Positions 1 to 8,791 of a stretch of 63,640 nt of DNA are shown here, piece after piece. Each line of letters begins with the position of its first letter. Position 1 is the first letter of the stretch. Source of the DNA: an uncultured Alphaproteobacteria bacterium (GTDB lineage Bacteria; Pseudomonadota; Alphaproteobacteria; RF32; CAG-239); assembly GCA_944391435.1 (NCBI GenBank), contig CALXTP010000010.1:1-63640 (forward strand), written 5' to 3'. Below the pieces are notes generated by a model. The model was not told the DNA's origin. It ran no database searches and saw only the letters and a program-made list of their open reading frames with translations. The position numbers were made by a program, and so were the translations under genes.

Positions 1-2
1 TG

Positions 3-455
3 ATGGATAAAAAAGTGGTGGATGCGATTCTGACCATACAGGAAAATAAATTATTTATGAAAGGAATTTTCAGCTGGGTGGGGTTTAAGTCCTGCGGGGT
101 AGAATATAAGCGTCCGGAACGCGCCGCAGGAAAAACAAAATGGAATTATTGGAAATTGTGGAACTTTGCATTAGACGGCATAACGGCATCTACAACATTG
201 CCCTTGCGCGTATGGACATATATCGGCAGCATTATTGCGTTTATATCGGGAATGTATGCGTTGTATATCATTTTTCGGACATTGTTTTACGGCGTAGCCC
301 TCCCGGGATATGCCTCATTGTTGGTGTTTATTTTGTTTTTCGGTTCGGTACAGTTAATTGTATTGGGGATTTTCGGCGAATATATCGGCCGGATTTTTAC
401 CGAAGTCAAACGCCGCCCCCGCTATATCATTGATGAAAAAATAAATTGCGAATAG
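3..455 (+). CDS. Family-2 polyprenyl-phosphate glycosyltransferase (ArnC/GtrB-like), C-terminal 150 aa; 5' end lies outside the window
   Basis: Frame is open to the window edge. 'ERAAGKTKWNYWKLWNFALDGITASTTLPLRVW', two C-terminal TM helices and 'GEYIGRIFTEVKRRPRYII' match the typical C-terminal half of this GT2 subfamily. Confidence 0.75.
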   Translation: MDKKVVDAILTIQENKLFMKGIFSWVGFKSCGVEYKRPERAAGKTKWNYWKLWNFALDGITASTTLPLRVWTYIGSIIAFISGMYALYIIFRTLFYGVALPGYASLLVFILFFGSVQLIVLGIFGEYIGRIFTEVKRRPRYIIDEKINCE

Positions 456-457
456 TT

Positions 458-488
458 GCATAAAAAGAGGGGATACTCCTTTTTATGC
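458..488 (+). terminator. Hairpin just after the GT2 stop codon
   Basis: 10-bp inverted repeat GCATAAAAAG ... CTTTTTATGC with an 11-nt loop. No clear U-run follows. Confidence 0.35.
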
Positions 489-746
489 CTGTTTGCGTTT
501 AACCGGGGAGGCTGTTTTTAAACCACGATATCTGTTATCGGGGCAATATAGGCTATTTCTGTTTATGCCCGTTCGGATTTCGGCAAAATATTTCATTTAT
601 TTTTTCAGTTATATTTCAGACTAACCATTTAATATAAAAACTAAGAATTTTTATATGAGGCAATTATGAAAAAATATCTGATTTCGCTTATTAGTCTGAT
701 TTTGCTTATTTCTTTGCTATGCCTGAATAAAAAAGAAAAGGAGATT

Positions 747-947
747 TCCGTAACCGCTGCCGTCCCGTTAATCATAAGCCGGGGAACTGGAGCCGAACTG
801 CGTCAGCCGTTGGGTGTAGTTATTGCCGGCGGGTTATGCTTGAGCCAGCTTTTGACAATTTTTACAACTCCGGTCATTTATCTGTATATAAATAAACTAA
901 GGCTGTATGTGGCAGACAAACGCAAGAAAAAGTCTGATAATATATAA
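747..947 (+). pseudogene. 3'-terminal remnant of an RND efflux permease (MdtB/MdtC-like); about 1000 codons of the gene are missing
   Basis: The last ~65 aa of ORF 666..947, '[49 protein letters not shown]', match the extreme C-terminus of RND permeases ('[29 protein letters not shown]'). The N-terminal 27 aa of the ORF are unrelated. Confidence 0.6.
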
Positions 948-964
948 GCTTGATTTTGCAATAA

Positions 965-1158
965 ATGTACAATCTGTTTGATATGCGGTTGGATGGCGAG
1001 TTGGACAGGGAAACCTTTGATGCCAAGTGTAAAAAGATACAAGGCTTGCAGGGAAATGATAACAAAAATATCCAAATCGGGTCTTTAAAATCATACGAAC
1101 CGCAAATTTTAGATGAAAATCAAGAGGTTACATCTAAAAATGCAACCTCTCTCCAAAT
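965..1158 (+). pseudogene. Possible C-terminal fragment of a large serine recombinase next to the tRNA-Lys 3' end (tentative)
   Basis: 'LFDMRLDGELDRETFDAKCKKIQ' resembles the coiled-coil motif 'LY..Y.DG.IS.E.F..K...L' of large serine recombinases. It is only ~65 aa, and the rest of the ORF runs antisense into the tRNA. Confidence 0.25.
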
Positions 1159-1234
1159 TGGTGAGCCCGACGGGATTCGAACCCATGACCCTTTGATTAA
1201 AAGTCAAATGCTCTACCGACTGAGCTACGAGCCC
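1159..1234 (-). tRNA. tRNA-Lys (anticodon UUU), CCA encoded
   Basis: The reverse complement reads GGGCTCGTAGCTCAGTCGGTAGAGCATTTGACTTTTAATCAAAGGGTCATGGGTTCGAATCCCGTCGGGCTCACCA. It folds as a cloverleaf by hand with anticodon loop CTTTTAA. Confidence 0.95.
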
Positions 1235-1383
1235 ATCTCATAACTGAGATGTGTATATAAAGGATAAAAAAATGATAGTCAACAAAAAAATATAATTTTT
1301 TTTATTTAGCTATGCATTTGTTAACTATTTCATGCTAAAACATACACAAACAGTATAACAACAATAGTGTAAAAGGGGTGAAA

Positions 1384-1701
1384 ATGTCCACAATGAAAGA
1401 ACTTGAACAAGAAAGCAGATATGACATTTTGCAAAACGAAGCCGGCGAAATATTGATTATCATAAATTCGCGCGCCGGCGGGCCGGAGAATCCTCGTTTT
1501 GTATACGACGGCGGAACAACAGCTTTGCTATACCGCAATAAAGACGGTGCCGTTATCTTCAAAAATATAGCCAAAGATGCACGCCTGCCTTTGAAATCCG
1601 TAAGCTCAATGCTGATTGTTGAAGTAGAAGACGAAGACGTGGCTCGGGAATATGTTGTCCCCGTTCGCATCGTAAAAGATGTAAAAGCCTTGATAAAATA
1701 A
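1384..1701 (+). CDS. Hypothetical protein (105 aa)
   Basis: Open frame with AGGGG five nt upstream of ATG 1384 (the ORF track starts at GTG 1378). No motif recognised. Confidence 0.5.
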   Translation: MSTMKELEQESRYDILQNEAGEILIIINSRAGGPENPRFVYDGGTTALLYRNKDGAVIFKNIAKDARLPLKSVSSMLIVEVEDEDVAREYVVPVRIVKDVKALIK

Positions 1702-1766
1702 TATCCGTCGCTTAAAATCCCCACGTCTGTAGATTCTTTTAACTAAAGGAATGATTCGGAGGGAAA

Positions 1767-3440
1767 ATGGCGAATATGATGGTTTATCTGGTTGTAGCCG
1801 GATTGGTCGGGCTGTTGCGGTTGAGGATGAGATACGACCGCATAATGTCTTGGCTGATGTTTTTTGTTGCAGCCTTTTTGTTCATCAATTTTTCCGAACA
1901 GCTCTGCCGGGAATGGAAACAAGGCTTTTCTTTATTATGGAATAGTTCAAAAATCGGGGATATAACAATAGATTTTTACCCGTCTGAAAAAGAATGCCAA
2001 TTATTGTTTCCTGTTTTTTTTATTTCCCTGTTGACGATTCTGCATAATAATATTTTCCGCTATGAAGAAAAAAAGAGTGCTTTTAATTCTTTGATAATTT
2101 TAAATTTCGTGACGCTGAGCCTTCTGGTTTGTGCTGAAAATTACATCCAGCTGATGACCTGCGTTTTCGTGGCGGATATTTTGGGCTATGTCCTTTTAAA
2201 AGATGTTGATGCATCCCGGCGTTATGTTGTGTATAATTTTTTGGCCGATACTTGCCTGTTTATGATATTGGCACTGGTATGCGGCAAACTGCAAAGCCTT
2301 GAATTATCGGATATGCCCCGCTATGAAGAAATCGGCCGGCACAAGGACTTTGTAGGGCTTATAACGGCCTTGGCACTGCTGATAAAAAGCGGCTGTTTTA
2401 TGTTTCAGAGTTATCTGCTTGACTTGAGCACGGCCAAATTTCAGCGCATGAGTGCGGTTAATCTGCTGTTTTCGCCGTTGGCAGGAATTTTGGTTTTATT
2501 AAAGATGCACAGCCTGATAACATTGTCGGATTTGGCGTTGCCGCTGGTAAAAATAATCGGCTTTCTGACTTATGCGACGGGCATAGCTTACTTTGTGCTG
2601 ATAGATAATATCAAAAAAAAATCAGTTTATTTGAATATGGGGTTTATAGGCTTGGGGGTGTTGATGCTGGCCGAAAACGGCTTTGCCGCAAATTGGAATT
2701 TTTCTGCCTATTATACAGCCATATGCTTTTTTAACCTGATGTTGTTAAAAATTTACCTTTACCAAAATCATGAAACAAAAGTCAGCGCAATGTTGAATGC
2801 GAACGAAACCAATGTATGGCTGCTGCGCGGGACCTTGATACAGACGATTATGACCGCCAATATCTTTTTAACCGTCCTGTGGCGGCTGTCGTCTGAACTA
2901 TCATCGGTTTGGGTAATATACGGCGGAGTCATCATTATGTTGGCTCTGGCAGTAGTGTTAAATCATATATATCGTTCTCCGCATACACGCCGGCTTGAGG
3001 AATTGAATCCCAATCCGTTACGGGTAGTATCATTGTTAATAAATGTTGCTTTGCTGGCTTGGGGCAGCTGGTGTTTGCGGGCGTATATGTGGTATAATCT
3101 GGTATGGGTGTTATTATTTATGGCATTGATAGCCGTGCCGTGGCTGACAAAGTTGCGTTCGGCATATGAAATTGCATGGCTTCAGCGTGAAGATTTGAGC
3201 AAAAGTTTTTTCTTTTACACGCTGGTAACGCCGTTGATGTATTTAAGCCGGACTTTATGGGTAATGTTTGATTTTGTTTTTTCGGAAAAAATAGTTACGG
3301 CCGGGTTGGCCTGGCTTAACCGGCTGAGTTTGTCCGCTTTTTTAAAATTAAATCGTAAAAGCGGCAAAGCATGCTTAATATTCACATTGTTCGGTTTGGC
3401 CGTTTTTGCGGCATCGTTCTATCTGGGGAGGCAGAAATGA
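1767..3440 (+). CDS. nuoL: NuoL-like antiporter-type membrane subunit, highly diverged
   Basis: GGAGGG RBS. The 557-aa product is polytopic. 'VFVADILGYVLL', 'LLIKSGCFMFQSYLLDL' and the C-terminal lateral-helix-like 'FDFVFSEKIVTAGLAWLNRLSLSAFLKLNRKSG' line up with NuoL landmarks. It sits at the nuoL position, three genes before birA. Confidence 0.6.
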   Translation: MANMMVYLVVAGLVGLLRLRMRYDRIMSWLMFFVAAFLFINFSEQLCREWKQGFSLLWNSSKIGDITIDFYPSEKECQLLFPVFFISLLTILHNNIFRYEEKKSAFNSLIILNFVTLSLLVCAENYIQLMTCVFVADILGYVLLKDVDASRRYVVYNFLADTCLFMILALVCGKLQSLELSDMPRYEEIGRHKDFVGLITALALLIKSGCFMFQSYLLDLSTAKFQRMSAVNLLFSPLAGILVLLKMHSLITLSDLALPLVKIIGFLTYATGIAYFVLIDNIKKKSVYLNMGFIGLGVLMLAENGFAANWNFSAYYTAICFFNLMLLKIYLYQNHETKVSAMLNANETNVWLLRGTLIQTIMTANIFLTVLWRLSSELSSVWVIYGGVIIMLALAVVLNHIYRSPHTRRLEELNPNPLRVVSLLINVALLAWGSWCLRAYMWYNLVWVLLFMALIAVPWLTKLRSAYEIAWLQREDLSKSFFFYTLVTPLMYLSRTLWVMFDFVFSEKIVTAGLAWLNRLSLSAFLKLNRKSGKACLIFTLFGLAVFAASFYLGRQK

Positions 3441-4864
3441 ATTCGTATTTGCTGCTGTTGCTCGTTATTATACCGCTGATAGGGTCTTTGTTTGTTCTGG
3501 CGGCCCGCAGCGACCGTTTATATGCGCCGGAAAATGTTTATAATGTTTCGCTGTTGAGCCAAATAACAAACATCGGTGTCATTCTGTACATTTTTTCCCA
3601 ATGCGATATAACGGAAACCGGAATGCAGCTGGTGGAAAAATTATCTTGGACTGATTGTCCTCCTGTCATTTTGCATTTCGGGGTGGATATTTTTTCATTG
3701 ATGTTGATTTTAAGTGTCAATCTGGCTTTTTTTATCGGCGAAATATGCCTGCATCGCCTGACCGAACGTTCCAAAACGTTGGTGGCGTCGGGACTGCTTT
3801 TTGTCAGCCTGATAAACGGATATTTTATTGCGGCGGATGTTATAACGTTTTATATTTTTTTCGCCGCATTATCGGCTCCGCTGATAATTTTAATAAGCAC
3901 ATATGGCAGCCAGCGCAAAAAAACGGTTTTAGTCCGTTTTAGCCTGTATAATCTGATAGGGGCTCTGTTGTTGTTGGTCTCGGTTGTAATGATGTATAAT
4001 GTCCGTGATGAAAACGTATTTCTGAATGCGGCAGGAAAGCTCAGCTTTTACGGAAAGGAAAAATATTTTGTCTGGCTGGGTATCTTTTTTGCTTTCATAT
4101 CTCGTATGCCGATATGGCCGTTTCATTATTGGATATCATCTATTAACTCCAGTTTAAAAAATCCGTTGGTTTTTATCGTCGGCAATTTGATTCCGTTGAT
4201 TGGCCTGTACGGTTTTATCCGGTTTTGGCCGAATACGGTTCCTGCAGCCATTGCCGTTTATGCCCCGGTGTTTGAAATAATCTGTATCGTTACTATGATG
4301 TTCATAGCCCTGGTCAGCCTGAGCCACAAAGATATGCGCTATAAATTGTTTGCCTATACGACGGTATATTATCTTTTATATCTGACCGGCGTATTTTTGC
4401 CGACGGACGTATTAAAACAAAACATCGGCTATTCGCTGTTTGCTTATATCATCATCATCACGGTGTTATCTTTTTTAGTCAGCCATGTGGAATACCAGAA
4501 AAAAGTACTGGGCATTTACGGGTCGGGCGGTATTTTATGCTATATGCCGCGCACGTCAAAATGCCTGTCATTGTTTATCCTGGCCGGAATAGGGCTGCCG
4601 GTAACCCCGTTGTTTTGGAATAATTTTATCATTTTATCCGAAATATTTAATTATAATCTGATATTGGGGATTATGGTGGTATTGTCTACGTTTATTGTGG
4701 CACTGTCGTTGTTGGAAGAGTTGTTCCGCCTCAAAGATAAAAGTGCGGCATCGTCTGCCTGTGTATTGGGGACGGATTTGTCAACTCTGCATTATGCGGT
4801 CTATATCGGCAGCCTGCTGATATTGTTCTTTTCGTTTTTCAAACCGTTGTGGTTTGTTTTTTAA
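3437..4864 (+). CDS. nuoM: NuoM-like antiporter-type membrane subunit, highly diverged
   Basis: The ATGA start/stop overlap with the preceding gene places the start at 3437. The N-terminus 'MNSYLLLLLVIIPLIGSLFVL' is NuoM-like. 'AFISRMPIWPFHYWISS' and 'LYGFIRF' align with NuoM 'AFAVK.P..P.H.WLPDAH' and 'YG..RF'. Confidence 0.65.
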   Translation: MNSYLLLLLVIIPLIGSLFVLAARSDRLYAPENVYNVSLLSQITNIGVILYIFSQCDITETGMQLVEKLSWTDCPPVILHFGVDIFSLMLILSVNLAFFIGEICLHRLTERSKTLVASGLLFVSLINGYFIAADVITFYIFFAALSAPLIILISTYGSQRKKTVLVRFSLYNLIGALLLLVSVVMMYNVRDENVFLNAAGKLSFYGKEKYFVWLGIFFAFISRMPIWPFHYWISSINSSLKNPLVFIVGNLIPLIGLYGFIRFWPNTVPAAIAVYAPVFEIICIVTMMFIALVSLSHKDMRYKLFAYTTVYYLLYLTGVFLPTDVLKQNIGYSLFAYIIIITVLSFLVSHVEYQKKVLGIYGSGGILCYMPRTSKCLSLFILAGIGLPVTPLFWNNFIILSEIFNYNLILGIMVVLSTFIVALSLLEELFRLKDKSAASSACVLGTDLSTLHYAVYIGSLLILFFSFFKPLWFVF

Positions 4865-4870
4865 GGGAGA

Positions 4871-6301
4871 ATGGATGTGTTGTGGCGTCATCTGATATAC
4901 ACGTTTCCCGAATTGGTTCTGTTAGCGGGTATAATACATTTGCTGCTGTTATATTTGTTGTCATACGATGCAGCCAGGGTTTATGCGCGGGTATCCCGCT
5001 TTTGGCTTTTGATGTCATTGTTTTGGAGCATCGTGTTGTATGACAAAACGGCAGGACCGGCCTTTTTTGAAAACAACGCCTATACGCTGTTATTTAAATT
5101 GCTGACCGGATTCCTGGCATATATTATGCTGGGGCTGTCGGCTCTTTGGTTTGGTACGGAAAACCGCACCGGGTGCAAATATTATATTTTGGTGCTCTGC
5201 GCCTTAATTGTAAACAGCCTGCTGCTGGCATCAACACATTTGCTGCCGCTGTTGCTGTGTTATTGCCTGATGGCTTATATCAATTATCGCCTGCTGGGGA
5301 TAAGTTATGAAAAACTTCCCTCAGAAACGCCGGCACGCTATATGGGCGTGTCGGGAGCCATGGCGCTGATGTTCGCCATGGGTTTCTTGTATCTGCACGG
5401 GAGGCTGGACGGCAATGTGGAATATTCCGCCATAAGCAGGCTGTTCGCGGAAGAAGAGGGGAGCTTTCCTTTGTATGCATCGGCCGTGGCCGTGGTTGTC
5501 CCTTTTTTATACTCATTAGGGCTGGCGCCTTTTCATTTTATGGCTGAAGACAAAGCCGGCAAGGGGATATTGCCGGTCAGCCATTATTTTGCCCTGGTAT
5601 TGCCGATGGCATTATGGGGTGTGTTGATAAAGATGGATGTACAGCTTTTAAGTCCGTATCAGGCGGAGTTTGCCCCGGTTTATGCCGGCTTTGCCCTGCT
5701 GTCGGTCATATTTGGGGCAATGGGCGCTAACGCCAGGATAAATTTGCACCGCATAATGGCATATAGTTCTATGTACCATTTCGGAATGGTGTTGTTGCTG
5801 TTGTCTTTTTTTAAGCTTGAAACGGACTTTGCTGCATTTGTATATTTGCTGGTCGTCCTCCTTAGCCTGAATGGCGGCTATCTTGTTTTTTACAGTTTAA
5901 AAAGTCATGGCGAATATTTGGCCTCCATTACCTCATTGGCCGGGCTTGCCGAAACGCGTCCGTATACGACGGGTGCTTTGTTGGTCAGCCTTTTTTCGCT
6001 GATAGGCCTGCCGCCTTTAGCCGTTTTTATGGGGCAATTCGGGTGCATTTCGGATTTGTTGCGCAACGGATACTTTATCAGTTTGGGGATAGTGCTGTTT
6101 TTCCTTCTGGTACTGGCCAAAGCCTACCTGGAAATTATCAAAACGGCATATTTTGAAAAAAAGGTAAAGCTCTACGATGCCGAAAACCGGATTATCTCAT
6201 TGTATACGGTGTTTTGCATGGCTTGTGTTGTCATTGTGGCGTTTAACCCCGGAAATTTGTTCCAAATACTAAAGGATATGTTCTATGTCGTCAGTTTATA
6301 A
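4871..6301 (+). CDS. nuoN: NuoN-like antiporter-type membrane subunit, highly diverged
   Basis: The 476-aa product is polytopic. 'LGLAPFHFMAEDKAG' aligns with NuoN 'PFH.W.PDVY.G'. The gene lies directly upstream of birA and overlaps it. Confidence 0.6.
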   Translation: MDVLWRHLIYTFPELVLLAGIIHLLLLYLLSYDAARVYARVSRFWLLMSLFWSIVLYDKTAGPAFFENNAYTLLFKLLTGFLAYIMLGLSALWFGTENRTGCKYYILVLCALIVNSLLLASTHLLPLLLCYCLMAYINYRLLGISYEKLPSETPARYMGVSGAMALMFAMGFLYLHGRLDGNVEYSAISRLFAEEEGSFPLYASAVAVVVPFLYSLGLAPFHFMAEDKAGKGILPVSHYFALVLPMALWGVLIKMDVQLLSPYQAEFAPVYAGFALLSVIFGAMGANARINLHRIMAYSSMYHFGMVLLLLSFFKLETDFAAFVYLLVVLLSLNGGYLVFYSLKSHGEYLASITSLAGLAETRPYTTGALLVSLFSLIGLPPLAVFMGQFGCISDLLRNGYFISLGIVLFFLLVLAKAYLEIIKTAYFEKKVKLYDAENRIISLYTVFCMACVVIVAFNPGNLFQILKDMFYVVSL

Positions 6302-7061
6302 AGGAAAAATTGCCCTCTGGTCATGGTATGAAGCAGAAACGGTTGCATCCACCAACGATGAAATAAAAAAAATGGTTCCGGACAAGGGCCGCAACATTGT
6401 TTTCAGTGCCGTCTGCCAGACAAAAGGGCGTGGCCGGAGGGGGAGGAGCTGGAAAGGCATGGAAGGCAATTTGTTTTTTACATACAGTCAGGAGGCAGAA
6501 CCTGCGGAACTGGGACGGATAGTCTGCCTGACCGGCTTAAGCCTGGCAAAGGTTGTCAAAAAAATTGCGCCGGGCGCCCGGGTGCAAATAAAATGGCCGA
6601 ATGATGTGTTTTTAGAAGGAAAAAAGCTGTCAGGGATTTTGCTGGAGAATATTAGCGGAAATTTGTGGGCAATAGGCATTGGTGTAAATATTGTATCCGC
6701 GCCGGTGCTGACGGATATGCCGTATCGTGCCGTTTCGCTGCGGGAGTGCGGAATATCACTTGACCGGACGGAATTTTTACGTTATTATCTGGACGAATTT
6801 GCCGCGGACATGGAATTATACCGGCAGCAGGGCTTTGCCGCAATAAAGGGGCAATGGAGCGCTTTAGCCTTAAATTATCAGCAGGAAATAAGCATCAAAG
6901 CCGAAACGGGCATCAAAAGCGGTAAATTTGCGGGTATAGATGACAACGGTTATTTGCTGTTAAAAACGGGAGAAAAAATGGAGAGGGTAACGGCCGGAGA
7001 TATGTTTGCGGCCTGGAACGGAGAGTGCGGTCTTGAGGAAAAAGAAAAAACATATAAATAA
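6285..7061 (+). CDS. birA: Biotin--[acetyl-CoA-carboxylase] ligase
   Basis: Contains 'QTKGRGRRGRSW' (the GRGRxGRxW biotin-binding loop) and 'KWPNDV'. 258 aa. Confidence 0.9.
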   Translation: MSSVYKGKIALWSWYEAETVASTNDEIKKMVPDKGRNIVFSAVCQTKGRGRRGRSWKGMEGNLFFTYSQEAEPAELGRIVCLTGLSLAKVVKKIAPGARVQIKWPNDVFLEGKKLSGILLENISGNLWAIGIGVNIVSAPVLTDMPYRAVSLRECGISLDRTEFLRYYLDEFAADMELYRQQGFAAIKGQWSALALNYQQEISIKAETGIKSGKFAGIDDNGYLLLKTGEKMERVTAGDMFAAWNGECGLEEKEKTYK

Positions 7062-7083
7062 AAGAAAAAAGGACGAATGAAAA

Positions 7084-8766
7084 ATGAATGAATTTAAGAA
7101 AAAAGGGCTTTATTTTTTGCCGATGGGCGGTGCCGATGAAATCGGAATGAATATGTATGCGTATGCGGTCGGCGGCAAACTGATAGTCGTTGATGCCGGG
7201 TATGGTTTTTTAAATGATGACTTTCCGGGGATGGATATGTGTTACGCCTCGCCGGAATTTTTGGAGCATTACCGCGATGATATTTTGGGATTGTTCATTA
7301 CGCACGGGCACGAAGACCATTTGGGCGCAATAGCCCAGGTATGGCCGTCGTTGCAGTGCCCGGTATACGGCACGAATTTTTCTCTGGGTCTGGTTCGGGA
7401 AAGATTGGGCGAATATAAGCTGCAGGATGCTGTTCCGTTGGTTTCCGTAAACCGGGAGCCGACTGTCCGGGTCGGAGATTTTGAAATAACTTTCATTCCG
7501 ATAGCACATTCCATTCCGGAAACCTCGGCCTTATTTATCAAAACGCCGTACGGCAATGTTATGCATGCGACGGATTGGCGCTTTGACGATAATAAGCTTT
7601 CAATGGTAAAAACCGATTTCGCCGGGCTAAAAAAGGCTGCATCGGAAGGCGTGGATATTTTCGTTTGCGATTCCACAAACGTTATGGTGGACGAGCCCCA
7701 GGCCAGCGAAGAAGACGTGCGCCAGAATTTGATAAAAATAATTCCGGAAATGCAGGGCGGTATTGTCGCAACGTGTTTTGCCTCCAATATTATGCGGCTG
7801 GAAAGCTTGATATTGGCAGCGCGTGCCGCCGGGAGGACGCCTGTTTTGGCCGGGCGCAGCCTGGTAACCAATGCCAAGATTGCCCGGGAATGTGGATATC
7901 TTAAAGAATATGCGGATTTGCATACTTTAGAAGAAGTAGACGGCATAACTTCCGATAAAGCTTTGTATATTTGCACTGGCTCACAGGCCAATTACCGCAG
8001 CGCGATGACGCAGATAGCCAACGATGAGAGCAAATACATCAAACTGGAAGCGGAAGACAATGTTATTTTTTCTTCCAAAATAATTCCCGGCAATGAAGAT
8101 AAAATTGAGCGTCTGCAGGAAAAAATCCTGGCCAAAGGCGTTAATCTCGTAACCGAAGAAGATTATCTGGTTCATACGTCCGGGCATGCCAGCCGCAAAG
8201 ACTTGCAGGCAATGTATGAGCTGCTGAATCCGCGGATAGTTTTGCCCGTACATGGCGATAAAAAATTTATTCGCGAGCATAAGCGTTTTGCTAAAAGCTG
8301 CGGTGTTGAAGACGTTTTTTCGGCAGAAAACGGGGATGTTTGCTTATATCAGGGCGGCAAGATTGAAAAAATGGAACAAATCGCCGTTGACATTATGGGG
8401 GTTGACCGCGGGCGGAGCGTATCGCTCGGTTCTGAATTGATAAAAAACCGCCGCCGCATCATGTATAATTGCACATTGTTCATTTCCGCCGTTATCAGCC
8501 GCGATTACCGCTTAAAATCCCTGCAATTCAGCTCCATAGATATTTTGGAAGAAAACGAATGGTACGTTCTGCATGAAGAAATAATGAAAGAGGTAACGCC
8601 GCTGATAGAAAAGAAATTGTCGGAACATCCATCGCATAATTCGGTAGAAGACTTTATCCGCGGGCGGATTCGCCGCCGCATTTACGGCGCCACCGACATC
8701 AAGCCGGTAACGGCATTGCATGTGCATTGGGAAGAAGACGAAGATAAGGCGGAAAATAACGTATGA
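7084..8766 (+). CDS. rnj: Ribonuclease J (metallo-beta-lactamase/beta-CASP)
   Basis: Contains 'ITHGHEDHLGA' (the HxHxDH motif). 560 aa. It follows birA, as is typical in Alphaproteobacteria. Confidence 0.9.
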   Translation: MNEFKKKGLYFLPMGGADEIGMNMYAYAVGGKLIVVDAGYGFLNDDFPGMDMCYASPEFLEHYRDDILGLFITHGHEDHLGAIAQVWPSLQCPVYGTNFSLGLVRERLGEYKLQDAVPLVSVNREPTVRVGDFEITFIPIAHSIPETSALFIKTPYGNVMHATDWRFDDNKLSMVKTDFAGLKKAASEGVDIFVCDSTNVMVDEPQASEEDVRQNLIKIIPEMQGGIVATCFASNIMRLESLILAARAAGRTPVLAGRSLVTNAKIARECGYLKEYADLHTLEEVDGITSDKALYICTGSQANYRSAMTQIANDESKYIKLEAEDNVIFSSKIIPGNEDKIERLQEKILAKGVNLVTEEDYLVHTSGHASRKDLQAMYELLNPRIVLPVHGDKKFIREHKRFAKSCGVEDVFSAENGDVCLYQGGKIEKMEQIAVDIMGVDRGRSVSLGSELIKNRRRIMYNCTLFISAVISRDYRLKSLQFSSIDILEENEWYVLHEEIMKEVTPLIEKKLSEHPSHNSVEDFIRGRIRRRIYGATDIKPVTALHVHWEEDEDKAENNV

Positions 8767-8791
8767 TATTTGATTTTTAGGGAGAGAAAAA

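Noticed and set aside
965-1243. 92-aa ORF spanning tRNA-Lys
   Set aside because: Its 3' third is simply the antisense of the tRNA gene. Only the 5' part (965-1158) is retained, as a tentative recombinase-like fragment.
3371-3436. Longer start for the NuoM-like gene
   Set aside because: It would overlap the NuoL-like gene by 70 nt. ATG 3437 forms an ATGA overlap and yields a NuoM-like N-terminus.
7269-7991. 240-aa ORF on the minus strand inside the RNase J gene
   Set aside because: It lies entirely antisense to a well-supported CDS, has an Ala/Ser/Arg-biased composition and no RBS. This is a typical shadow ORF.
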